Shown here: positions 12,291 through 26,780 of the stretch, one piece after another | Layout of the letters: each line of letters starts with the position of its first letter | How positions within the stretch are numbered: the stretch's first letter is position 1 | Source: Eledone cirrhosa | Taxonomy: Eukaryota | Length of the DNA: 64,000 nt | NCBI GenBank assembly: GCA_964016885.1 | Contig: OZ024755.1 | Coordinates: 23,746,001 to 23,810,000 of the forward strand | Direction: 5' to 3' | Program-made: the position numbers and the translations under genes | Notes under the pieces: model-generated | What the model was told of the DNA's origin: nothing | Databases searched by the model: none | The model's input: the letters and a program-made list of their open reading frames with translations, nothing else

Positions 12291-14198
12291 CAATGATCAC
12301 ATAATCATGGATGCAATGTTATAAAGGAAAATAAATCAAGATAAATTTCAATACTTCTTAACTGTCATACTAACATTAAAGAGAAAAAAAATATTTATTA
12401 CAATTTTTTTTCGGGAGCAGGGTGGGTGGCTGATTGCAGAATACTAGCTGCCTTGAGTTCTAGTAATCATATTCCTTTATATTATTTTTTATTTCACTTA
12501 TTAAGTTTTTCTTTATCTAGTTTTCCTCAATAGTATATTTTCAATATTGTAAATAATCTGCTTTTTTATCAAATAATATGACAAATCTACATTCATTATA
12601 GAGGCTGGAAAAATGTATTTGACTAAAAGCCGTGCAGGGACTCAGTCCAAAAAATTGAAACCAGTAAAAGAACTAAATTAAAATCAATTTGACAAAGATA
12701 CTAAGAACAACAAGATCTTGAAAATTGCAATGAATTTCGATCAAGAGAAGCTAAAATTAAAAATATTATCTAGTTATTAGATTTTTATGTTGTGGCTTTC
12801 TTTATCAAGTAGGGAATTTGTATGTGTGTATTTTCTGAAACTATAAACAGATGACAGGCCTTTTGATGAGATGACTGTAGTATCATTTGCATCTGCATCA
12901 ATGAAATATTGCCACTTCTACAGTTTCCTGATTTCTGAGTTCACATGAAGAGTATAGATAGAAACAGTTATAATTCTTTGGTTACCCAAGCATCTGTGTC
13001 CTTTATTAAAGTTTGTCATGGTCTGAGAGGTAATTATAAAATAGGAAATTTTTATAAATATTAGTTTGAAAGCAGAGGCAATGGAGAGCAGTTCCAGCTA
13101 TATCCTGTAAACAAAACTTCCATACTGTTTAAATACACAGCAAGTCTCCAATTTCTGAATGGCACCCAGGGGTCCTGATCTGGATGGGGTCTGGCCCTCT
13201 TAGAATGTAAGAAGTTAAGTGCTGAAGCACACACTTGAGGAAGGTTTCTTCTCTAAAGACCTTCTGCTGTCCAGCTCGCCTGAGAGTTTCTTACCACATA
13301 TAGTAAGTAGTAGCAATAACAACAGCAGAAAGTATTTCTTTGTTAGCAATTTAACTTCATTAATCAAAAGAATAGCTTATTAAAAGTTGTTCAGTTTAAA
13401 TAATTCAGACTAAATTTATGATAGCAATTATGTTGAAAGAAATATATTCATAAAAAATGCAAGCCTATCTCCTTCCTTCCTTTTAAGGAAGGAATCCAGT
13501 GTGTTTAGACATAAAGAAGGATCAGTTCTATCTAGTTTAAAATACCAAGACACGTTGTATGTCATTTATGGTGCTGACTAATACTAATATGATTAAAAAT
13601 TGAATAGCAAACCTTCCTAAATTTGTAACTAATAAATTTCTCTTAAGGAAGACCATAATAAGGAATTGATATACTTAACTGACAACAAATGAAATGACTA
13701 TTGAAAGATGAGTGAAGTAATGTTTATAGTTCAATAATTATGATTATGTATATTATGCATAGGTAGGGATATTAGGTGTGACTTTTAAAATAAAGTAAGT
13801 TAAAGAATTCCACAGCAAACATAACAGACATGTTTAGTACTGTGCTCTTTTATGACTTCCTTAATATTTTTACAACAAAGAAATACAAAAATAAATAAAT
13901 AAAGAAAAAATGAAAAACAAACCACACAAAAACAACAAACAATAAATTAATTAAATAAAAACAAATTTAGCATATTTTTTTAATTGGGATCAGGGCCAGA
14001 CTAAAGTAAATCCAGTTCAAAGAGCTCTTATTTTGTTGATACAAATTTCTAAATATTTTATTATAATCTATTGAAATTAGTTTGTTCTTAACAGTTGAGT
14101 TCTCTTTGTCAGTTTCCCACTTCTTGCTCTCACTCTCCTTGCTTCACTGGAGGAAATCTGTGGTGTTCAGACGTAGAGAGGGATGGGCTCCACCAGGT

Positions 14199-14401
14199 TT
14201 AACCCTTTACCATTCACATTATTCTATATTTACTATTGTATTTTCACAGAAAAGGCTTTATCTCACATAATATCGAATCTATGAGATTTTGATATTTATT
14301 TTGAAAACAATACGTTAACATCAGTATGATCGACCAGTTTGAACAGAAAGAGGCGAGAGAATTCTGGACGGATATGGTCAGTTTAAATATTAAAGGGTTA
14401 A
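14199..14401. mobile_element. piggyBac-like MITE family 1
   Basis: TTAA-CCCTTTA...TAAAGGG-TTAA termini. Confidence 0.85.
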
Positions 14402-14429
14402 AATGCCCAAGACACATCGTATGTCTAGA

Positions 14430-17330
14430 AGTTTACTATCTAACAGAATTTACCTTTCTTTTAACTGACACATAAACATGTTTTGACTGCTACGTTTTGG
14501 CTTTTTATTGAATTAGTCTGGAGGAAGTGGATAAGCCCTTCTAGACTAACCAAATGAATATGACTAATATTTCTCAAATCAATGACAGCAGGGAAAGCAT
14601 ATACATGGAAGGATTTTCAGAGGCCTGACATTCCAGGAAGGAAGGAAAGATTAAGCATAGTTTTTAGTGGAGGGACTGGATGGGGAAGAGTTGAACACCA
14701 TATATGTGATGAAAGGAAGGGAATCAAATATATTGAGAAAGCCTGAGTGGCAATGGCTTGAGACCATCTATCTTCAAAGAGCCAAGGCTACTGTAGTAGT
14801 GGAAGATAAGGTGGAAAGAGAAAACAGCACATTTGTAGGCAAGAGGATAGAATGAGTTGGTAACAGGCTTCAAGTCAATCATCTCACTGGCCTTTTTTTG
14901 AGTGTGAGCTAAGATATCTGCAGCAGTAACACAAACCCAAATGTGGGAGTAATACAACATTGTATGTCGGACATAAACAACTACTGACATTCCACAAAGT
15001 TCATGTTAATTATGATTATACAATGGTATAATTTCTGACCTTGACGAGGTAGGCCAGTCTTTGAGAAGTAGTGTTTGCTATGTTGAAGATGTGGATGAGT
15101 ATTTGTCAGTAGATATCCTCAATGATAGTGAGGTTTAGTCTTTGCAATGACCTTTGGAGTTCTAGTCATGTGCTGTTCTATTTTTTGTGGATGTGATAAT
15201 ATTTTCTTGTGATTATGTCTCTGTGTTATTGAAGCAATTATAATAGACATGAGATTTCTAGGTTGCATATGGATGTCGTTTGGATGAGGAGATGAGGGAG
15301 TGAGGGAGGAATGAAAAATAGTGGCATTGTCTATATAGAGATGGGCATTGGGTGTAATAGAAAGTAGGCCATTGAAGTATGGAAAGAAAGGTGTGAGCGA
15401 GAAAACCGAACTTTGGGGGCACACCAGAGTTGATAGACTATAGGTAAGAGAGAGAGGGGGAGCTCTACCAACACATGCTGTGATGGGAAATCTGACTGGA
15501 AGCCATTAATCCAAGAGATGAGAGATGGAGGAGGCATATAGGCAGAAAGTTTTGTCTGGAGATTTGCATGCTAAACAAAACTGCAAGAGTGCTTTGATGA
15601 TGTTGAGTGCAACAACAATGTTTTCACAAAATGTTTTGAGAACAAGGACTGAATGGTGAATGACATAGAAGAATAGATTTAGGAAAAGTTGATATAAGGC
15701 AGTAGATTTGGTTTAGCAAAAGCTATACTGGTGAGCTCTAATGATAGAGAGAATTATTCAAGGTATTTGAGAAGGTTGCTGTTAATGGCTGCCTCTATCA
15801 CCTTAGAGATATTGGAAAGGTGTTTAATAGGATGGTAGTTGGCAATGTTAGCAGGATTGCTCTTCTAGAAAATGATAAAATCTCTAACATGTTTCCTAAG
15901 ATATCCTAGTAGAGAAAGAGATTGACAAGTTTGAAGAGAAAGGGGTTAGCTCTGGAACTCATTGTTTGAAAGTAATGGGACATTTTTAAGGCTGGTGGCC
16001 TTGTTGTTATGAAGCTACTAAAGATAATTTCACATTTTGAATGGAATGTATGTATACATCGAAATGAGCCTGGTGTAGAGGAAAGGAATAGTTTTGGAGA
16101 CTGTTCTACTGTTTTCAGTGTAGAATTGGGTATGGAGGCTTTCTCTGCAAAAGTACTGCTTATAGAACTATCATGGTTGAGATGGAAAGGTAAGGAGAAT
16201 CTTACAAAGTTGGTAAAGATACTCTTGGCAAGGGATCAAAAGGGTCAGATACAATTTGGATGGCAGAAGAGCTTTTAGGCAGATAACCATCATTTGCATT
16301 TCAGCCATTCAGTTGGTAGAGTTGTGTGTCTTTCTCCAAGGGATGAAGGCCATGTTTTTTGCTTGAATTACTGCAGTGCAGCTATGTGTAAACCACTCTG
16401 AGGACTTTAGGGTGTGAGTTTTGGTTTTGTGTAGGATGAGGAGGGACATGCCTAAGAGGAGAGATTCACTCACCCATCTAGCAGTTTCCAATAGGTCACT
16501 GGGGAAGCATATTGGCTGCAAAGAATAGTTAGCATAGAATTAGCAGAGCTTCAACTAGTTAGCTGAATTAAAGTGCCATATAGTCTAAGATATGAGGGGG
16601 AGCTGTATAGTGTGTGGATATAGTAGTGATGTTAAAGCAATGGTTGGACAACCAGATAGGTACAAATGATGGTTTTGCAGAGGTTGGGTTTGGAGGTAAG
16701 GAAGATATTAAAGTTGTTTAGAGTGTTTGTGTGTTGGTGTGTTGGTCAAACATGTAAGTGAGATATGAAACTAATTGATGTAGAGAACTGAGAACAACAA
16801 AATATTCAGTTTCTGCATAGGTGGCATGAACATGGGACTGGCTGAGTGCTAAAAAATATGAATTATAAGTATTGAAGTTGCTGAGGATAATGATTTCATA
16901 GATGGGTGGTGTTAGATAGATGAGGTCCCTGATGGAGGAAGTAATATGCTGGAAGGGTTATTGGTAGTTAGAGGAGTTCAGAGAAAAGAAGTAGCCGTAG
17001 CAGATGTATTTTTAATTATGGAGGTGAGAGACATTGGATCATAAAACATATCTGCTGATATTCAGGTGAGGCAAATAGAGTAGAATAAACATATGTGCAG
17101 ACATCACCTTTCAGATAAAAATTTTAGTATAAAGTATAGTCTGGATGACAGAGATGGATTACAGATAAAGGGTGAGAGATTTTTGTCTTGGGAAAGAATA
17201 TGATGTCTGAATTTCATGTTAGTAAGAAGCGGTGTGTGGGGTTGTTTAGATCAGAATCGATGGATATTAGAGAAGGGAGACATTTCTAGTGGGTTTAGCT
17301 TTAAATTTTAGCATCTATGAAAGTGTAGAG
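14430..17330 (-). mobile_element. Long decayed CR1/Jockey-group LINE (RT and probable endonuclease relics)
   Basis: 'PQSSVFSL..F' (VPQGSVLS-like), 'YIDNAT' (YADD-like), 'NYHPI..SNISKVIE' on the minus strand; many stops. Confidence 0.75.
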
Positions 17331-17700
17331 GGTGCCATTGTACTGAGGTTATGATAACTTCCAGTTCAGAGGCATTTTTGCAAGAAAGCAAACTCTGCTG
17401 AAGGCACCTATGATCCATAAAAGAAACCTGTCTACATTGCTAGAATAACAACAAAATTTCCTTCAAATCATATCATATAATATTAAAACACCAGACAACC
17501 ATAGAAAATGTCTTTGATCATAACTGGTGTAAAACAACAACTGGGGTATTGTAAAGGGACAGAAATACAATTATCTCCTAGCTTCAATGCTTAGTTGAGC
17601 TCAACTAGGTTTGAATAAATAATGGTCCCTATCTTCACTTTTAGAAAGTGAAACTCATCTGGAAAAATACAGAAATATATCCCACTAAAACCCAACAAAC

Positions 17701-17826
17701 TTGGTCCGATGAACCAGTATCCTGCTTAACTGATTGGTCGTTTAGACTTAGACTGATGAAAGTCACTTCATTGCTATGAAAAGGAGACTGATTATTTTCT
17801 ATTTTCTGTTCTACAACTGACAATTT
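17701..17826 (-). CDS. Candidate 126-nt exon (KLSVVEQKIENNQSPFHSNEVTFISLSLNDQSVKQDTGSSDQ)
   Basis: Acceptor aattttctAG, donor GTttgt, open in phase 0, non-repetitive sequence. Confidence 0.4.
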
Positions 17827-18984
17827 CTAGAAAATTAGACTTTTATGTACAAAATCTCAAAAGAAAACACATTATGTAGATTATACACTGGATTAGAAGT
17901 ATGGAAATTGTGATGTTAGTATAATTATTATTTCATATTTTTTATTCAGTGTTCAAGTTAGTAATTTGTGTGACAGAAAAAAGAAGCAAGTAGAATTAAA
18001 TATATAGAATACATTTCATTATTCATTGGTCTGATAGCTCATCCTTTGCTGTGTTTCTACAACTGGATTTTAGAGAGGACTTTTGTAATAAAATAACAAC
18101 TCAAACTGATTCTTTATATTTTATCAAGATACCCGCAAATAATTAATAAAAAAATTGTGCTCAAATCTGTAAGCTAGGTTGACAAAATTTCATATCTTTA
18201 GACAACATAAGGATTAATTGAAATTTAAACAAAGAAACTAAAGAATAAACAACATAAACAGATTGCTTTTCCTTTTGTTGAAAATTTTAAAACCATGAAA
18301 AATATGAATCTTTAATCAAGGGGAAAATCTTTATTAATTCATATTGAATAACCAATAGAAAGTTTACATATTGTTTTTGTATTCAACTAAATCTTATCAA
18401 AATTGAACTTCCTTTCATTTCTAAATTAAACACATCCCACAGAACAAGTTTACTATAAAAGCAATAAATGACTATCATAAAATACAAAATAATAATTACT
18501 GGGATCAATATAATCAACTAAACCCTTTAAGGAGTTGACCTGACATGACCAAAGAAGAAAAACATAAATGAAAAGTAAGTAATGTCTAGATAACTAGACA
18601 TTATCATATCATATCTTAGTAGGCTATAAAAATGTTGGAATAGCAGTCTTGTGGTATGCCATGTAATCTTTATTTGGGTCCCTTGCCACATTGGATTAAA
18701 ACTCTGCTATGGTTGATAAGTACCAGTAATATACTTCAGTTAATTCAGTTAACTCCTTTTGGGACAAAGTTGGCCACCTGTAGGTGTGAGCCCTGCGAGG
18801 TGGTGTGGCTGTTTCAGCACATTTCCCTGACGCCCTCTGGGGCAATACATTCTCTATCTTGTCACCATGACTGAGAGGCAGAGGGCAAGTTAATTGGTGA
18901 TGGAGGATACTCATTTGGACATCACTTCTACACCTTTATGTGTGGCTTTAAGTATGTTTTAACATTACGGTTATGGTATTAAAG

Positions 18985-19318
18985 GTAAAGAAACCCCTTT
19001 GGCCATGGGATTTGCACCTAGAAAGTTCCCCTCCGAGGCACAAGTCCAGGCAAGTTTGTTTGTGGAAGACCAGTAGTTGCCCATGCATACCAGTCTCCCC
19101 TTTCTATTTCACTGATGTTGTCCAAGGGAAAGGCAATGGCCAATACAGCTTGGCACCAGTGACGTCACAACTCATTTCTACAGCTGAGTAAACTGAGTAA
19201 ACTGGAGCAATGTGAAATAAAGTGTGTTGCTCAAGAACACAATGCATCACCCGGTCCGAGAATTGAACTCACAACCTTCTGTTTGCAAGCCCAATGCTCT
19301 AACCACCGAGACATGCGG
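18985..19318 (-). mobile_element. SINE B variant
   Basis: tRNA-like head and shared core; homologous to 11545-11860. Confidence 0.8.
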
Positions 19319-20203
19319 TTATGGTACTATACTGTACCAAATACTACAATCCCTCCCAATATTAAGCTGCATTGTATATTCAAATATTTGGAGATGGTGA
19401 ATTTCAGAAAACTATTGAAGATGACTGGATGTCTTAGTAACAGAGAAAGAAAAACAGAAACTGAGACAAAGAGAGAGTGTGAGAGAGAGTGATAAAGAGA
19501 GAGAAAAAAAGAGAGGAGAGGAAAGAAAGAATTAGCATCAATGTTTTTTGGTGATTATTTAGAGAAATGCTTTAGAACATCCAAAGGTCTTGATTCTTTT
19601 ATCGTTGTAGTGACTGTTAATATGAAGCAGTTTGGAGAACACAGACAAACTGTCTTACCTTGATGATGAAGCAACAGTGAATTATTATCACAATGTTTAG
19701 TTAATTAATATTTTATAGAAAAAAACTCTAGTACTACTATATATATTAAATGACAATGTATGTGCAGGGTTACAATAGTTTTAATTATTTAATCTGCTGC
19801 TCTTGCTGTTGAGACCTTTTTAGTATGAGGTGTTTATTTATTTCAAGAATGTAAAAAGCTTACTGTCTTTACTTAAAGCTTCTATTCTTTTTTGACGAGG
19901 ATCTAAACATACTTAAATAAAAAGAAGACATAATATTAACTTAACTGCCAACATTCAAATATTTGTTAATTTTCAGACTGATGTAAATGGAATGAAAATT
20001 GCTTCTAAACATTCTCATCAAATGTGTATGAGAAAACTAACAGCAGATGAATGAAAGTGTATGAATGATATGAAGTAAGAATTTACAATGAAACAATTAA
20101 TTAAACAAAATATTTACACGGTTTTTGCATCATTAAAATTTATCTTTCTAGATGATCCAGATTAGCTAAAATATACAACAGCTTATATATACATACACAC
20201 ATC

Positions 20204-20249
<46 letters not shown>

Positions 20250-20252
<3 letters not shown>

Positions 20253-20590
20253 TTTCTGAATTTGTTTAGCAAGATTCTTTATCTGAAATCGTGTGTTGAA
20301 ACCGATATTGTTATACTTTGGGACAATATATAAACAACCATCTGGTTGTGGAACCAACCAACCAGAAATTTATAAATTTATAAATTTATTATAAATTTAT
20401 TATAATAAATTGAAGTGAAAGCAAATGGTGCATGTGTTTCTTATTGGCAACATGACCCTCCCAAAGTATAACAATATATATATATATATATACACACACA
20501 TACATACATGCATATATATGGCTTTTATGATGATTTCCTTTGAATGAAACAGTTCTAGTCCTGTAGAAACCATTTCTATATTAAACATAT
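20250..20590. mobile_element. Two pLTR fragments; the second has a degenerate HHR (20527-20560)
   Basis: Homologous to the 6918 family and to 45539-45597 (ATGATGA...GAAAcagttctaGTC). Confidence 0.55.
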
Positions 20591-20801
20591 ATATATATAT
20601 ATATATATCATCATCGTTTTCAATGGTGGTATGGGTTGGATAGGTTGTCATGTTTAGAGACTAGATATGTTTGAGGACTAGGCCATCCTCATATATTTCA
20701 CTTTGGCATAGTTTTTATGACTGAATTCCCTTCCTATTATGAATTACTTCACAAAGTATACTGGAAGCATTTTATCATGGCATCAATACACACAGACACA
20801 A

Positions 20802-20831
<30 letters not shown>

Positions 20832-20837
<6 letters not shown>

Positions 20838-21015
20838 TTTTATTAAGGCTAAATAGTGAGTCTTGTTACTTTGGAGTTTCACTGAACTTGTTCTCGTTTG
20901 ATGAACTTGGGATAAACAGGAAAAAGTCCAGAATAACAAGACTCACTATTTAGTCTTAATAAAATGAATATTAAAACTTTACTTCAGTATTGAGTAGTCT
21001 TTTCTCACAGCATCA
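20832..21015. mobile_element. Foldback cassette within a TA tract
   Basis: ~37-bp inverted arms (tattcattttattaaggctaaatagtgagtcttgtta and its complement); TTGATGA..GAAA inside. Confidence 0.5.
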
Positions 21016-21063
21016 AGCAATTATGTATATATATATTATATACTTACATATATATAGATACAT

Positions 21064-21114
<51 letters not shown>

Positions 21115-21149
21115 TATATACACGAACATATATATATATATATTTTTTT

Positions 21150-21565
21150 CTACGTCCGCTCTTCCACGCTAGCATGGGTTAGACAGGTTGTCCTGTTGTG
21201 GCCAGTGTCCGGTTGGCTGACCTTGTCTTGCTCATGCGGGAACTGATTCTGGCTTGATTTCTACAGCTGGATGCCCTTCCTAACACCAACCTCATTTACA
21301 GTGAGTGCTGGGTACTTTTTTTCCGAGGTGCCTACATGTCCACTTTACAGTGTGGGCTGGGTGCTTTTTTGCCGTGGCACCTCCACGACCATTTTGCAGC
21401 GGAATGATAGGAACCCCAGTCCTATCATCTCATTTCTACAGCTGAGTAAACTGGAGCAATGTGAAATAAAGTGTCTTGCTTAAGAAAACAACACATCACC
21501 CAGTCCAAGAATTGAACTCACAACCTTTTGATTGCAAGCCCAATACCATTAACCCATGCACCTTC
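21150..21565 (-). mobile_element. Full-length SINE B
   Basis: Head, core, hairpin and RTE-like tail. Confidence 0.85.
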
Positions 21566-21893
21566 ACACACACACACATATATATTTAAATATAGAGTTA
21601 TAGTATGTACAAATATGTGAGTGTAAAAATAAATTAGATTACTGTCGGGTATGAATGCCAAAGTTCTCATAGCCCAACATATCTGACGACTGGTTTGTGA
21701 CAACATTGATAATAATAATAATATCTTCTGTTTGAAACATCTTGCTGTCTGAGGCCACCAAAACTGGTGGCAAGCTCTCTTAAGATGCAGAATGATTACT
21801 TGATACAAAGTAGGTGGTTTTAGATGTGTCTACTTCCTGATCATTAGCATCATCATTAGGTAATATTCACTGCCCTTACTATTTCTTCTCATA

Positions 21894-22545
21894 GGGGCAG
21901 TGGATTGGTAGAATCGGTAGAGCATCGGACAATATGCTTCAAGGCATAGAGTTACAGCCCTTTGCATTCAGACTTCAAATCATGCCGAGGTTAGTTTTGC
22001 CTTTCATCCTTACGGCGTCGATAAAGTGCAGTACCAGTAACACACTGTGGTTGATTTAACCCTTTAGCATTTACATTACTCTATATATATACTATGGGCG
22101 GTGGATTGACAGTATCGGTAAAGGGTCGGACGCCATGCTTTGCAGCACAGTTACGTCCCTTTACGGACTGAGTTCAAAACCCGCCGAGGTTAACTTTGCC
22201 TTTCATCCTTGCGGGGTCGATAAAATAAAGTACCAGTAATACACTGGGATAATTGCTGGCCTTGTGCCAAAAGTAGAAACAATTACTCTATATATACTAT
22301 TGTATTTTTGTGGCAAAGGCTTTATCTCACATAATATCAAATCTATGAGATTTTGATATTATTTATTTTGAGAATAATACCTTAGCATCAGTATGAGTGG
22401 CCAGTTATGGCCAGTTACGGCTGGTTGGAACAGAAAGAGGTGAGAGAATTGTGGCCGGATACAGTTGATTTAAATGCTAAAGGATTAATCGACTTTCCCA
22501 TCCCCCAAAGTTGTTGGCGTTGTGCCTAAATCAGAAACCATTATT
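21894..22545 (+). mobile_element. SINE A interrupted by a piggyBac-like MITE (22057-22488) that itself carries a SINE A (22096-22283)
   Basis: TTAA flanks on the MITE; attactctatatat duplicated around the inner SINE; uninterrupted site at 61190. Confidence 0.85.
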
Positions 22546-22557
22546 GGTTATTATTAA

Positions 22558-22748
22558 GGGCGGTGGATTGGCAGTATCGGTAGAGGGTCGGACACCATGC
22601 TTTCCAGCATAGTTACGTCCCTTTACGATCTGAGTTCAAATCCCGCCGAGGTTGACTTTGCCTTTCATCCTTACGGGGTCGATAAAATAAAAGTACCAGT
22701 AATGCACTGGGTAATTGCTGGCCTTGTGCCTAAAGTAGAAACAATTAT
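22558..22748 (+). mobile_element. SINE A
   Basis: Full head, core and tail. Confidence 0.9.
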
Positions 22749-23368
22749 TTCTTTTTATAAACAATGAGATGTAACATTGATAAAATAGAAAGGTGCATGT
22801 GTGACAACCTATTCCATCCACCCAACAGCTGTCTTCCTCACTATTAATTATCTTTTCACCTGAGATGATAGAAATTATTTAGAATAATCGCCACCTATGT
22901 AATGACATTTCTTTTTCCTTTTGTGACAGCAAGATAGATCGATATGAAAATCAGTATACAGCTGCATAGCCTGCTAGAAATAGCAACCAAACAAGCAACA
23001 CTGAATTACACTGTGCTGTTTCATAAAAAAGGAAACACATATTGGATAAAGTGGTCTGTGATGCATAAAAAGACAGAATTATCACAGCAAGATCAGTTCT
23101 GAAGTTTGCTTGAACAAGGCTGATCTGGGGATAAACAGCAACTGCATTTCATACTTAAATATTTATTCCAGTTGTGAAAGAAGTTAAATGTTTTAGACAT
23201 GAGCACAGTTCAAGATTTCTTGGCTACACAGCTTGGTGTTTTAGCTTTATATGCCAATTCCACTGGGAGCACCATGACAGATCATTCCAAAGCAGTATAT
23301 ATTATTGGGAGTTCTATCTAGCTTCCATGTTATTAGTTCAAGAAACTAAAATGTGTTTTTTCACTATA

Positions 23369-23595
23369 TTAATCCTTTAGCATTTAAACTGGTCATATCC
23401 AGAATTCTCTCACCTCTTTCTGTGTTCAAACCAGCAGTAACCAGCTGCTCATATTGATGTTAAGGTATTGTTCTCAAAACAAATAATATCAAAATCTCAT
23501 AGAGTCAATATTATGTGAGATCATTATGTAATGTAAAGCCTTTACCGTGAAAATACAATAGTAAATACAGAGTAATGTAAATGCTAAAAAGTTAA
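23369..23595. mobile_element. piggyBac-like MITE family 1
   Basis: TTAA-flanked; degenerate CCTTTAGCATTTA TIRs. Confidence 0.8.
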
Positions 23596-24179
23596 TAACT
23601 TACTCATATTTTAATGCTAGTTCAATTCCATAGTAATGACACTACCCAATAAATCTATTGTACATTCCCAACAAGGGTTTAATTTGTAGTTAACCTTAAC
23701 AGTTCCTATCAGGCCAACTATTTATGAATAATATCTTCAAAATGTTTTGATAATTTGGTCTCATTTAAAAGTATTAGAATACAGACACAAAACATCTAAG
23801 AAAAACAAAAAAACTTTTCATTTTTTGTTCCAGTGACTTTCTTGGGGTTTTTTTCAGATTAATTTAACCTTATATTGGTTAATATTATACAATCTGACCC
23901 CTCTAGAATGAATGCTGATCAGACACATAAGACATTGTTTGATTTATAAATAGAAAAAGGCACACATGAGTCAATCAGAGAATACCTTCTCTATTTAAAG
24001 CTTCTAATGACTCAGACCAAATTTCACCCTCCCCAGTGGCTTTACCACATTTGAGCTCTTTATTTGCTCTTGTGACCTCAGCCTCCTAGAGGTGAGTCTT
24101 GCTCCGAGATACACCTCGTATATATCAGAATATGCTGTTGTGATTGGGTTTAGGAGATCAGCAAAGTATTCTCCACATC

Positions 24180-24920
24180 TTGTGAGGAAACATCTTTCCT
24201 ATTCATCATCTTCATGAACAGGATTGACATGCACAGTTGTGTTGTAAGTGGTATCACAACTAGCAGGTGCAGGATCAGTTTACTGGAATTTGTGGACCAC
24301 ATGATACTACATAACTTGTCAGAAGGTGTGCTGCAAAGACTGAGACACTAATCTTCGTAAGGAAGTCTGCTCAGTGTAATATACATGTGAATGAAGTTCT
24401 ACTGAAGCAGATGGAGAAGTTCAAGTATCTTGGGGCCATGTTCATGAGTGATGGAATGCAGGAGGCTGAATTAAGTGCAAAAATTGTCGGAGTTGTTGTA
24501 GGAATGTGCCAGCTTCAGCATTTGGTCATCAGTAGAAGGTCGGTAGGTATAAAAGCCAAACTCGCTATCTTCAATTTGGTATTTGTGCTAACTCTTACCT
24601 ATATTCATGTATCTTGCGTAATGACCAAAAGAGTATGATCCTGATTACAAGTGGCTGAAATGGGAGCAACTTTTCTTTGGAGCAATGTTAGTTGACAGAA
24701 TTCAGAGATCAGAGAGTTGTTCCAGTAGAGCCACTACTTCATCAAATTGAGAGATCACATTTCCAATACTACAGACATGTGGTTAGAATGTCTCAGGAAA
24801 GAATTGACAGGAGACTCAGGAGTAGAGCCAGCGCAAATGGGTTGGATAACATCCATGAGCTGAGCTGGTTTCACTAGGGGATTCAGCTGGATTCATTGAG
24901 ACTGTTGTTTCTGAAAGGAT
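24180..24920 (+). mobile_element. Decayed RTE-like LINE 3' fragment
   Basis: 'QMEKFKYLG', 'LTYIH', 'HVVRM' motifs. Confidence 0.75.
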
Positions 24921-26657
24921 CAGCTGAGTTGATTGGAGCAATGGGAAATAAAGTGTCTTGATTTAAAATACACCACACCACTAGAAATTGAACTCATGAA
25001 CACCCTAACCATTAAGCCACATGCCTTTACCGAACCTCCATTGGTTCTAATGATGCATTTCCCATGTGATTTGATTAATGGAACAGCTTGTTCAGACACA
25101 TATAACCTTAATGCAATTCTAAAAGAGATTCAGCATGACACAGTGTGTGACAGGGCAGGTCCTTTGAATTACAGATACAATTCATTCTGGGCAGCTGAGT
25201 AGGCTGGAGCAATGAAAAATATCATGCTCAAGGACACAACATACCATTGGGAATTGTGAGCTGAACACCCTAACCACTAAGTCATGTGACTTAATTTTCA
25301 CTTAGCAGATGTCATTTATTTGTATTACATGCAAACCAATACTTAGTATCTATTGAGAAAAAAGAAATCCTATTATTATTGATACAGTCATGCCATTATT
25401 TTTGAAGAGGAGCATTTGGAGATAGATACAAATGAGTATATATCTCATACAAAAATTGTCAGAGGTAGCTAGACACTTCCATACTTGTACAACTCATTTA
25501 AGATGTATTTCTCAAGTGTCTTCATATGAAGCAGTTGATTTATGGAGAGGTGAACTACTGTTATAGATAGTATCTGTCATCTCTGTTTACTCAAAAGTGA
25601 CACTGCACAAATTTGTTTGTTTTATAATCAAACTATGTACAGAACACACACCACATAATGTGTGCAGACTCTCTATAAAGAAATAAAATCTCCATTATTA
25701 AACATCATCCTCATCATTGATTAACGTCCATCTTCCATGCTAGCATGGGTTAGACGGGTTTGTCCCATTTAGAGGGTAATAGTGTCTTGCTCATATAGGA
25801 TTGTTTCTGGTTTGTTTTCTATGCCTGGATATCAACCACATTCACAGTGTGTGCAGGGTGCTTTTTGTCGTGTCTCCTACACAACCACTTTACAGTGTGG
25901 GCTGGGATGATATTTCAGGTTTAAAGAAGATACAATAGTAGATGTACTCCACTGAGTTGTAGGTAATATGTAAAAGTACGTTTTTAAAAATATTTTAACA
26001 GAAGAGATTCAGTCACAAATCATATAAAAGCACAAATGACATGAAATGCAGTTAGACAGCTAGTAGCTTGGCATATCTGCTGCAACTGTTAATTGCAGAT
26101 CGTGATGAATTCATCAAATTTTGATTGTGTGACTGTTTGTGTGTGTGTATGTGTAAATACGTAAGCAAATGTACAGACAATGGCAAAGTACCTTTTTACA
26201 TTTTAGGTACAGTGACGTAGGTAAAGTTATGTGCATATATATTTCAATATATTGTGAATGTGGCAGATAGGAGAGGAAAAGACAGATTATCAGTGGATAA
26301 GTGTACCAAAGAATGCAAAGAATTTCTGTAAAGAAAGAAGTTAAAGACAACAGGTTTAATTTAATATTTGACAAAATCTGAGAACAAACATAAAAGAAAT
26401 TGAAAAAAACATTATTGAATCAAATTTCAGTTATAATGTCCCAAAACATGAAAGGAAATTGAAAATATGAATTATATTCATATTGCTGGAATTTTATTAT
26501 TATTATTATTATTATTATTGAAGGTTGACTATATTTTAAAGAAATAAAAACAGAAATGTTTCTAGTTATTGAGTAGAAAATAAAAAAATATTGGTGTACT
26601 GACGACATATTTAAAAATAATTTTGAAATTGATTGTGATATCCTATACTTAATAATT

Positions 26658-26707
<50 letters not shown>

Positions 26708-26780
26708 ATGTATTCCCATAGAAAAGATAAAGGAAAGAAGAGTGCTCTATGTATAGTACAGAGCTATTTAATTACATAAA

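Noticed and set aside
13130-13290. GC-richer minus-strand segment with a ~50-codon open frame
   Set aside because: Splice signals ambiguous and no homology recognised; kept only as a weak candidate
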